DNA of 31,338 bases from a virus (taxonomy: Duplodnaviria; Caudoviricetes): the IMG/VR virus record IMGVR_UViG_3300020043_002028, positions 1-31,338 of that record; one strand, written 5' to 3'. This document shows positions 1-6,558 of the stretch, in pieces. A model generated the notes under the pieces. It searched no databases and was not told the origin of the DNA. It saw only the letters and a program-made list of their open reading frames with translations. A program made the position numbers and the translations under genes. Numbering within the stretch: position 1 is the stretch's first letter; each line of letters opens with the position of its first letter.

Positions 1-240
1 TAGTCCATCGCATAGGTCAAATGAGTGAAGATTGTTGAAGCTCTTGTTTTAGTTATGGCATCGAACTTAGTTACATCTCTCTCTGCCATCTCTTCTATTA
101 CATGCCACCACTGATAGACTGAAGCTAATGTTTCACCTCTTCGGCTAACTGAGTTATCTCCCTCTTCAGCCTCTCCAGCTCCTGCTCTAAATATTCGGGT
201 GTATTGTTCACTAAATCGTTTTTGAGTGTCGAAAAAAAAA
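1..240 (-). CDS. -1 frameshift extension of tail assembly chaperone (gpGT-like), runs off window start
   Basis: Slippery T9 run (CTT TTT TTT TCG) at 232-240. The -1 frame is open: FDTQKRFSEQYTRIFRAGAGEAEEGDNSVSRRGETLASVYQWWHVIEEMAERDVTKFDAITKTRASTIFTHLTYAMD. Differences from copy B at 1-125 are synonymous in this frame. Confidence 0.88.
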
Positions 241-709
241 GCAGCGCAGCATTCACATTGGCTAAATTCATCTTCCTCATCTGAGGCGCGTACTTAAGGT
301 GCACATCACTATCATACTCTTCTATCTTATACTGCATGTTAATCTCAGCAGTAACAGGCCTGTAAAGAATACACATAAGCTCAGGCAGTTGGTGAGGGAA
401 GTTCTTACTTAATTCAGACAAATCTAACCACTCTCCAAAGGTCATGCTCTTAAGGTTAGGATGAAATCCAAACTTAATACCATCTATCTCTATGAACTGC
501 TTAAATACCTTCTCATCATTCTTAAGACCATCAGCATAAGCTGTCACAATTTTTTCAATTTGTGTGACATCAATCTTACGTATATCATCACGCTTCAAGC
601 CTGTGATAGCTTGAATCTGACTAACAGTATCTTCACCTGCCGCCATGAAGTCTACGTAAGTTCCGAGCGTTTGATCACTGTACTTAGTGCTTATTATCTT
701 GTCGCTCAT
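125..709 (-). CDS. Tail assembly chaperone (gpG-like), allele A
   Basis: 194-aa ORF with an LFF slippery site near the C-terminus and a conserved -1 extension, the typical G/GT arrangement. Confidence 0.75.
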   Translation of the reverse strand: MSDKIISTKYSDQTLGTYVDFMAAGEDTVSQIQAITGLKRDDIRKIDVTQIEKIVTAYADGLKNDEKVFKQFIEIDGIKFGFHPNLKSMTFGEWLDLSELSKNFPHQLPELMCILYRPVTAEINMQYKIEEYDSDVHLKYAPQMRKMNLANVNAALLFFSTLKNDLVNNTPEYLEQELERLKREITQLAEEVKH

Positions 710-710
710 A

Positions 711-947
711 TTAAGCTGAATAAGTTTTATTGTAGTAATTTTCTAATCCATCTTCATCAACAAAAGAGGCAGTATAATCTACATTGTTTTGCCCAGCTTC
801 ATAAGCCTCTTCAATCTCTTCTCGGTGCATTGCTTTGGCTTTTGGAAATAACTCCTTAAACCATACATCTAATTCTGAATTAGGTCTAAATTCAATCTGC
901 TTATTGAATTCTGATAAAAACCAATCTATGCTACTTTGCTTACTCAT
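711..947 (-). CDS. Small hypothetical protein, strain-specific insertion; paralog of 10011-10235
   Basis: 78 aa, absent from copy B. Shares the Q(S/T)(S/A)(I/V)(D/E)W...AKxM..E.I..AYE.G...E.YYN.TY pattern with 10011-10235. Confidence 0.8.
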   Translation of the reverse strand: MSKQSSIDWFLSEFNKQIEFRPNSELDVWFKELFPKAKAMHREEIEEAYEAGQNNVDYTASFVDEDGLENYYNKTYSA

Positions 948-950
948 ACT

Positions 951-1361
951 TTAAATATTTGTACCGTCTATAGTTATGTTAATGCTCTTAATCTCTGTGC
1001 TCAGCTCTTGTCTTTCGATATACCCTCTCTGCTTGCCTTGAGTTTTAAGGTAGAAGATTACTGCTGATGTGTTAGGTGCATCCTTAATAGTTACTACCTC
1101 ACCATCGTGAGTGAGTGCCTGGCGCTCTGCTCCCTCCATCAGCTTCTTAAGCTGCGACTCTGCGAAGTCTAAAGCCACGTTCTTCAGCGAAGCTACAGCG
1201 GCTGCATATTCAGCATCATCTTTGAGCCATTCGTAATGAGTCTTGCGTGCTATGCCTATCTTCTCTGCTGCCTCAGTTACGTTACCAAGTGTAGACGTAA
1301 GTGCCTGAAGCATAGCATCTTTTTTGAGAGTTACATTTTGTCCTTTGTCTTCCTCTGTCAT
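951..1361 (-). CDS. Putative terminase small subunit, allele A
   Basis: N-terminal HTH (LGNVTEAAEKIGIARKTHYEW), DFAESQLKKL and AVIFYLKTQGKQRGYIERQE, a pattern typical of phage TerS. Confidence 0.75.
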   Translation of the reverse strand: MTEEDKGQNVTLKKDAMLQALTSTLGNVTEAAEKIGIARKTHYEWLKDDAEYAAAVASLKNVALDFAESQLKKLMEGAERQALTHDGEVVTIKDAPNTSAVIFYLKTQGKQRGYIERQELSTEIKSINITIDGTNI

Positions 1362-1711
1362 GCTAACTTATTCTTAAAATGTGTTATTAACTGCTCCATC
1401 TTAGAGTCATAGTATTTAGCAAATGTAGTAAAACCTTCGTTATCAGCCTCATAAACTCTAAACATTATACCCCTTAATCTCTGAGATGGTTTCTTAAGTG
1501 TATCTTCTAACTCTGATTTCAAGCTTTCAACAGCATCTAACTCCTCACGTCTGAAGCTCTCATCTTTAAAAGCTAAATAACCGAACTGATTAGCTGTGCC
1601 AAATAGCTCAGCCGCTTGTGCCGGAGTAAGCTCATTAGTACCAAAGGTAAGCTTAAGAGTCTTATCTTTTCTTGTGCCTACTGATTCAAGCTGTGCTGGT
1701 ATTAATATCAT
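1358..1711 (-). CDS. Conserved hypothetical phage protein
   Basis: 117-aa ORF with 4-nt overlaps to both neighbours; only synonymous changes seen versus the partial copy at 31016-31338. Confidence 0.85.
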   Translation of the reverse strand: MILIPAQLESVGTRKDKTLKLTFGTNELTPAQAAELFGTANQFGYLAFKDESFRREELDAVESLKSELEDTLKKPSQRLRGIMFRVYEADNEGFTTFAKYYDSKMEQLITHFKNKLA

Positions 1712-1944
1712 CTGTTTAGTTCCATTAAATCAATACTATAGTCTTGCAGAGTCTCATCAAGTAAGGCAGTGATGTTAAATAGCATTTCCTTTTCTTTACC
1801 TGTTATCTCATCATATTTGAATTGAGCAAATAGCTGAGTTCTAAATTCATTTATGCACAATAGTAAATCATTAGCTTTAACACATCTAAGATGTGCAGCT
1901 CTATCTTCAGGTGAGTCTAAATCAAATGTTAAATTAGCTTTCAT
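1708..1944 (-). CDS. Hypothetical protein
   Basis: 78-aa ORF coupled to the next gene, with A-rich upstream region and AGGAG. Confidence 0.8.
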   Translation of the reverse strand: MKANLTFDLDSPEDRAAHLRCVKANDLLLCINEFRTQLFAQFKYDEITGKEKEMLFNITALLDETLQDYSIDLMELNR

Positions 1945-1969
1945 ATCTCCTTTGTTTATTATTCAAATT

Positions 1970-2090
1970 TAACACCCGACTTTAGCTTGGTGTGTTTGTG
2001 ATAGCATCCTTTGCGAGGTCTATTACAGCTACTTGCGATAATGACGCGTCCATCCGCAAGGCACTCTTCGTGGCGCTTCTTTCGAAGTGA
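1970..2090 (-). ncRNA. Candidate structured RNA (multi-hairpin)
   Basis: GC-richer intergenic stretch. Minus strand folds into CUUC-GAAA-GAAG (2076-2087), a CUUGCG/CGCAAG stem (2032-2060), a UGUAAUAG/CUAUCACA stem enclosing CCU-CGCAA-AGG (1997-2027) and an AACAC/GUGUU stem (1971-1996). Confidence 0.45.
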
Positions 2091-2100
2091 AGGTACAATT

Positions 2101-2250
2101 CTACGATCCACAATATAAGCAGCCATCATCCTCTCCACCTTCTCCCTCGTTTAATATTCTTTCGCACTCTTCATTTACTTGCTGTTCTGTCCAGTTAGAA
2201 TGGAAGGCTTTTACTTGAGCCTTCAAAAAGTTATAGTTATTGTCACTCAT
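2101..2250 (-). CDS. 49-aa acidic protein ending in EDDGCLYCGS (RNR-alpha C-terminal CxxC-like tail)
   Basis: Manual translation: MSDNNYNFLKAQVKAFHSNWTEQQVNEECERILNEGEGGEDDGCLYCGS*, with A-rich upstream region. Not in the ORF track because it is under 60 aa. Confidence 0.75.
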   Translation of the reverse strand: MSDNNYNFLKAQVKAFHSNWTEQQVNEECERILNEGEGGEDDGCLYCGS

Positions 2251-2283
2251 TTTTAATTAAGATTAGTACTATTATTAGTGTAA

Positions 2284-2430
2284 TAAGCTTTAGCTATTAG
2301 CTTAAAGCAGTTAGCTTATTAGCTAAGCTATAGTTATAGTTAATTAACATCAACAAAAGAAAAGAAAGAAAAAGAAAAAAGGTAAAAAGAAAAAGAAAGA
2401 AAAGAAAAAGCTCCCCCAAGAAAAACAAAC
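2284..2430. repeat. Clustered T(T/A)AGCT repeats followed by a long AAAAG purine tract
   Basis: Six T(T/A)AGCT units in 2284-2330, then a near-pure A/G tract at ~2354-2410. Confidence 0.7.
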
Positions 2431-2539
2431 GTTCACGCTCAATAAGAGCAGTTGCTCGTTCCAAGCATTGATATGATGCAAGTGTAGTCATTGGTTACTG
2501 AGCTTTGACTTACTCAGGTAATGGATGTTACTCATCTCT

Positions 2540-2584
2540 TAAAACAATAAAACCCCAAAGAACGTATGCGCCCGTTCAGAGGGG
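2540..2584 (-). terminator. Terminator/attenuator-like hairpin
   Basis: Minus strand: CCCC UCU GAACG [GGCGCAUA] CGUUC UUU GGGG followed by UUUUAUUGUUUU. Confidence 0.55.
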
Positions 2585-2637
2585 AATTATTAAACCTTAA
2601 ATCAATTCTATGTCTAACAGTAATCTTGCGCATGAGA

Positions 2638-2645
2638 CAAATATA
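2638..2645 (-). promoter_or_regulatory. Bacteroidota -7 promoter element TATATTTG
   Basis: Matches TAnnTTTG; ATG follows 4 nt downstream at 2633. No clear -33 TTTG. Confidence 0.55.
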
Positions 2646-2672
2646 AAAATGTAAATTAATTACACGTACTAT

Positions 2673-2681
2673 TGTGGAAAA
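2673..2681 (-). promoter_or_regulatory. DnaA box TTTTCCACA
   Basis: Matches consensus TTWTNCACA; intergenic, just upstream of the 2638-2645 promoter element. Confidence 0.6.
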
Positions 2682-2873
2682 CTATTTAGGTTGTTTAAAA
2701 CGTAGCACTGTGATGTATATCCAAAAAGGCAGCCATACAAGGCCTGTAAATGCAATACCCACATAAGCGTACCAATGGTAGTTAGATAAGTGCCTCTGAT
2801 GTCTATAAACGTTTATAGATAGGATTGCAAAGTGCAGCAGAAATCCTGCTAAGTAAATTAGTAATAGTGTCAT
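2682..2873 (-). CDS. Small membrane protein (2 TM)
   Basis: 63 aa with two hydrophobic segments; 4-nt overlap with the upstream gene. Confidence 0.75.
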   Translation of the reverse strand: MTLLLIYLAGFLLHFAILSINVYRHQRHLSNYHWYAYVGIAFTGLVWLPFWIYITVLRFKQPK

Positions 2874-3391
2874 AGTTTTTTACGTTTAGCTCTACGTTTT
2901 TTTATTGGTGTAGTTGTTACCTCTGTTATTGTTTCGGGAGTAATCTCTGCTTCTATTGTAGCCATATCAGCTTCTAACTGCTTCTCTAACTTGTTTAGCA
3001 GCTCATTCATGCAGGGAGTGCAGCTTGTAAAGCTCTTACCATCTCTAATGCCAAGATACTCTCTTCTAAGTTTAAACAGCTTAGCCATCTCTCCAGGTGC
3101 TAATCTTCCACGCTTACGAATTTCTCTAATGTGTTCAAGCGTTGGCATCTTCCAATCTTTCTCCTCTAAGATGGGCCATAGCTTAGCTGGGCAGTCAGTA
3201 GCTGCATAACTCGCCAAGTGATCCACAGGGCAGCCACATGGCTTGAATGTTATCTCACCAATTTGATGAGGTCTCTTAAATGGGTTAATCGCGTTAATAG
3301 GCGGACCACAAGTACCAAACTGCTTATTGTATACAGGGCACTCTTTGCACACCTTAACGCGAGCTTCAAAGTCTGTGCTATTTATCATCAT
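2870..3391 (-). CDS. Cys-rich putative zinc-binding protein coupled to the sigma gene
   Basis: CKECP, CG, CGCP, CP and SCTPC motifs; basic C-terminus. Confidence 0.75.
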   Translation of the reverse strand: MMINSTDFEARVKVCKECPVYNKQFGTCGPPINAINPFKRPHQIGEITFKPCGCPVDHLASYAATDCPAKLWPILEEKDWKMPTLEHIREIRKRGRLAPGEMAKLFKLRREYLGIRDGKSFTSCTPCMNELLNKLEKQLEADMATIEAEITPETITEVTTTPIKKRRAKRKKL

Positions 3392-3888
3392 ATCTGTAGT
3401 GAATTTCTAAGTGTTGTTTTAGCTTTCTTAATAGTTCTGTAAAGATAGTTCAAAGGTATGCCTGTTTCTTTAGCTAACTCCTGATAGCTGAAGTCATCCA
3501 ATGCGTAAAGAAAGAATAGCTCACGCTCAAAGTAGGGCAGCCTGCTGATGAAGATATCTAACTGCTCATTCTCTAAGCGCATGCCTACACTTTTGTTCAC
3601 ATCATCTATGATATCATCTTTCAAGTCATTGCGTATCTTTTCAAATCTTAACCTGGTATAATTGAATGAGCTGTTACTGCATCGTGCAGATAAGCGGATA
3701 GCGTTGCTCACATAGTTATTAAGCTTTCCTCTATCATGGATATCTTGAAGCTTATCTTTATCTGATTCTAATATCTTAAGCAGCGTATCGTGGAGTAGCT
3801 CATCAGCTAAATCTTGGCGAGTAACAGTAGCTGCCACTCTGCGCCACTCATTGTAGCACTTATTTATTTCTGAGTGATAGGTACTCAT
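3388..3888 (-). CDS. ECF-like sigma-70 family factor (probable late sigma)
   Basis: Region-2-like LADELLHDTLLKIL and region-4 HTH LPYFERELFFLYALDDFSYQELAKETGIPLNYLYRTIKKAK. Confidence 0.85.
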   Translation of the reverse strand: MSTYHSEINKCYNEWRRVAATVTRQDLADELLHDTLLKILESDKDKLQDIHDRGKLNNYVSNAIRLSARCSNSSFNYTRLRFEKIRNDLKDDIIDDVNKSVGMRLENEQLDIFISRLPYFERELFFLYALDDFSYQELAKETGIPLNYLYRTIKKAKTTLRNSLQI

Positions 3889-4213
3889 CTATTACTTGTT
3901 TGGCTTCATCAAAGCTTTTACATGTTACTGCATGATAGCCATTGTTAATAAGCTTTGCCTGCCAGTCTTTCTGAGATTGACTCATAACACCCTTAGCTGT
4001 TTTCATTTCTATTGCTAATCCAAAGAATGGACCTTTAGCATTATAGATAAAGATGTCAGGGAAGCCTTTCACGTACCCTGTTTTTTTCATCTTAACAGCC
4101 TGCTTCATAGATGTACGAACACCTCCAGCTGAAGCGCAATAAAGTAAACGCGGATACTGAGCGTTAATGTAGTTAATAACAGCCTCTTGTATTAAAGCTT
4201 CCTCGTTCTTCAT
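3860..4213 (-). CDS. VRR-NUC domain nuclease (putative resolvase)
   Basis: E..IQ..V, KGFPDIF, LAIEMKT..G.MS.SQKDW: the PD-(D/E)xK VRR-NUC signature. Confidence 0.9.
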   Translation of the reverse strand: MKNEEALIQEAVINYINAQYPRLLYCASAGGVRTSMKQAVKMKKTGYVKGFPDIFIYNAKGPFFGLAIEMKTAKGVMSQSQKDWQAKLINNGYHAVTCKSFDEAKQVIDEYLSLRNK

Positions 4214-4217
4214 GATT

Positions 4218-4250
4218 CAAAATTAGACTATTAACTTAATCTAAATCAAC
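4218..4250 (-). promoter_or_regulatory. Bacteroidota promoter for the VRR-NUC/sigma operon (likely leaderless)
   Basis: TAATTTTG at 4218-4225, 4 nt before the ATG at 4213; GTTG 21 nt upstream (4247-4250). Confidence 0.55.
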
Positions 4251-4252
4251 AT

Positions 4253-4276
4253 CTTATTCACATACTTATTCACATA
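4253..4276 (+). promoter_or_regulatory. Two tandem DnaA boxes (TTATTCACA) within a 12-bp tandem repeat
   Basis: CTTATTCACATA x2 (4253-4264, 4265-4276); boxes at 4254-4262 and 4266-4274 match TTWTNCACA. Confidence 0.7.
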
Positions 4277-4289
4277 GGATTAAGCGCCA

Positions 4290-4297
4290 TATCTTTG
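4290..4297 (+). promoter_or_regulatory. Plus-strand -7 promoter element TATCTTTG
   Basis: TAnnTTTG in an intergenic region, divergent from the 4218 promoter; the -33 position overlaps a DnaA box. Confidence 0.55.
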
Positions 4298-4301
4298 GAC
4301 T

Positions 4302-4372
4302 AAGAATTTGCTTTTGGTTTAGCAATGATTATTGATTACTGAGATAGGCTTGCAAACGTGCAGGCCTATTTT
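4302..4372 (+). ncRNA. Putative trans-acting sRNA antisense to early-gene start regions
   Basis: Promoter element upstream and terminator at the 3' end. The body 4306-4338 matches plus-strand sequence spanning the start codons at 9060, 9512, 11768, 12200 and 12310. Confidence 0.6.
4344..4372 (+). terminator. Intrinsic terminator, plus strand
   Basis: ATAGGCTTGCA-AACG-TGCAGGCCTAT then TTTAGTTT. The one non-Watson-Crick pair is U.G on the plus strand but A/C on the minus strand. Confidence 0.7.
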
Positions 4373-4375
4373 AGT

Positions 4376-5695
4376 TTAGATAAACGCATACTTAGTATAG
4401 TTGCGATTAAGCTCAAAGTAGGCTCGCATCATTATAGCATCTGCTATATCGGGAGAGATTCCACCGGTGCGCTGGCTGATAGTATCTTTTGATGTTACTC
4501 TGAGCTTACCCTCCTTATCAGGATCCACTCGCCTCACTAATTCTAATTCTTTAACTATATCTTCCTGCCATTTAATTGGTAGAGTTATCTCATTCTTATC
4601 TATGAGCTCGCCTAATCTAAAGTAGCAGTCTGCTTTTAGATTCATGTACTGAGTACCTCGCACAGCTTTACTACCGTTCATAAACTCCCTACAGCGTAAG
4701 CTATCTACAAGGCCACCGCCTACCCCATCAGCATCTGCGAGCACGTTGCTTAGTCTAATGCCGTGTTGGTTCATTAAGCGCTGAATTTCTGCCTTAACTT
4801 CATCCTGTCTCTTTTGGCGCAGTATTACAATATCAATACAGCTTAAGCCTTTCCACACACAAAGCACTGTTCTATCTTTACCCAAGCGAGCTATATCGGC
4901 AGTGATATATCCCTCACCTACATTCATTGGCTCACGAAAGCATCGAATCAGCTCATCATACATGTAAAGTCTATCACTGCTATTATCGAATTCCCAATCT
5001 CCCTCAAGCAAGCGCTTTCTATCTGCTTCCGGTAAGCGTGTTAAGCTTGTTACGTAGCTATCAGGCAAGTGTATATTATCTCCAGGTAGAGCTTGCACGA
5101 ATGCTCTGTGAGCAGGCAGATTCTGATTCTTGTATGGTAAGTAGAATTGATTATAAATCCATCCCTTCGAAGGATTGCAAGTAAGTAATATCTTAGGCTT
5201 TAGCCCGAACTCGTTAAGCTTGTATCGAATACGCGAGCTAACAATAGAATAAGCTTTCTCAGTTATCTCAGTAGCTTCATCTATAAATACATCAGTGACT
5301 TCTAACCCTCCTAAGTCAGTCATCATAGGATCAGATGGATAGAGAAATAAATCGGCTAAGATAATTTCACTGCCATTGCTGAACTTAATGATGTGGCTCT
5401 GCTGATTATAGATGAAATCTTCGCCTGCTTTTAAGCCTATCTCATTAGCCACTTGAAAGAATGTAGCCATTGTAGTCTTTTTAAGCGTATCTAACTTGGC
5501 TCGGCCTATTAATGAGCGTGTACCTGGATATTTTAGCCTGCGTAATATCTGCCACATGCAGCCGAGCATAGTCTTTCCACCGCCTGCTGCTCCTCCATAC
5601 AAGATAGTTTCAACGTCTGAATCTACTGATAAGAATTTAAGTGCCTCGCTTTGCCTTGTTAGAGGCTTGAAATTGTATTCTATTTGTCGCGCCAT
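4376..5695 (-). CDS. terL: Terminase large subunit
   Basis: Walker A GGAAGGGKT, Walker B VFIDEA, coupling motif TCNP, and RNase H-like nuclease motifs ADIARLGKD, DADGVG and SPDIADA. Confidence 0.95.
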   Translation of the reverse strand: MARQIEYNFKPLTRQSEALKFLSVDSDVETILYGGAAGGGKTMLGCMWQILRRLKYPGTRSLIGRAKLDTLKKTTMATFFQVANEIGLKAGEDFIYNQQSHIIKFSNGSEIILADLFLYPSDPMMTDLGGLEVTDVFIDEATEITEKAYSIVSSRIRYKLNEFGLKPKILLTCNPSKGWIYNQFYLPYKNQNLPAHRAFVQALPGDNIHLPDSYVTSLTRLPEADRKRLLEGDWEFDNSSDRLYMYDELIRCFREPMNVGEGYITADIARLGKDRTVLCVWKGLSCIDIVILRQKRQDEVKAEIQRLMNQHGIRLSNVLADADGVGGGLVDSLRCREFMNGSKAVRGTQYMNLKADCYFRLGELIDKNEITLPIKWQEDIVKELELVRRVDPDKEGKLRVTSKDTISQRTGGISPDIADAIMMRAYFELNRNYTKYAFI

Positions 5696-6558
5696 TGTAC
5701 AAAATTAGGTACAATGATGTGAGTATCAACAGGTTTTGTAATTCTTTCTAAATCTAACTGCATTAAATAAGCGCCCAAAGGTTTTGGAGGTCTCATGCGC
5801 TCTACGTGAAATCCCATGTAGCCTTCATCATACTCTTCTTTATAGCTTGCTGTTCTGATGTGATGCACGTAGCGCATATTAATTCTATAGCCACCTGTAG
5901 TGCTATAGCTTAATTCCTCTACCATATCGGCATGGTGATAAAGCTCATGCACGTGGCCTGCCCAAATGCAGTCAGCGCCATCTATCATAACACCCATACG
6001 ATTGTTCTGAATTACTCCCTTAGTTACTACACCACCGCCACCTGATCCATGGTAGTATTTTGTTTTAAATACAAATGAGCTGCTTTTGATTCTTTTTACG
6101 CGATGCACCCACCATCCACCATAGCCACCCACTAAAACATTGCTGCCTGCTTCTCTGTTTAATCCGCTAACAAAGCGCTCTATTAAATCAGTTTCACAGT
6201 TCTTAATTATTGCTGTCTCATGGTTACCATAGCCTACAAACACCATTAAATGAGCGTAAGGCTTAAACCAATCTATTGCAGTGTTTACAAGAGCATCTAA
6301 ATAGTTAGCTACGTTATGCTCCGGCAAGATATCATTCTTACTTCTACGCGGATCGTACTTGCCCTGCATCGCGCAGAATAAATCTCCGTTAACAGCGAAG
6401 TAGATATTTTCAGCTAAGCATTTATCTAAGTGAGCTTTGAGTAGCTTTCTGTCGCAGTGAGGATTATCCCAATGCACATCTGAAATCATGAGGAACTTAT
6501 CCCCACTTTTACACGTTGTTACTATTACGTTTCTACCCTCGCGATATGATGTAATCAT
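5680..6558 (-). CDS. Calcineurin-like metallophosphoesterase
   Basis: SDVH, NGD, GNHE, HG and GHVH motifs in canonical order. Confidence 0.9.
   Translation of the reverse strand: MITSYREGRNVIVTTCKSGDKFLMISDVHWDNPHCDRKLLKAHLDKCLAENIYFAVNGDLFCAMQGKYDPRRSKNDILPEHNVANYLDALVNTAIDWFKPYAHLMVFVGYGNHETAIIKNCETDLIERFVSGLNREAGSNVLVGGYGGWWVHRVKRIKSSSFVFKTKYYHGSGGGGVVTKGVIQNNRMGVMIDGADCIWAGHVHELYHHADMVEELSYSTTGGYRINMRYVHHIRTASYKEEYDEGYMGFHVERMRPPKPLGAYLMQLDLERITKPVDTHIIVPNFVQWRDK

Larger units (their letters stand above)
1..1680. repeat. Copy A of a long diverged terminal direct repeat (partner 29900-31338)
   Basis: 1-709 aligns to 29900-30608 (offset 29899) and 951-1680 aligns to 30612-31338, mostly with synonymous differences. 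1530-1680 is identical to 31188-31338. Copy A has an extra ORF at 711-947. Confidence 0.97.

Noticed and set aside
1970-2090. tRNA or hammerhead ribozyme
   Set aside because: No T-loop/D-loop cloverleaf consensus and no CUGANGA core seen.
2284-2430. CRISPR array
   Set aside because: Repeats are only 5-7 nt with no spacer-length unique sequences; no cas genes.
2297-2491. 64-aa Phe/Leu-rich ORF as a membrane protein
   Set aside because: Its hydrophobicity comes from the low-complexity AAAAG tract; it cannot be supported as a protein, though it is not excluded.
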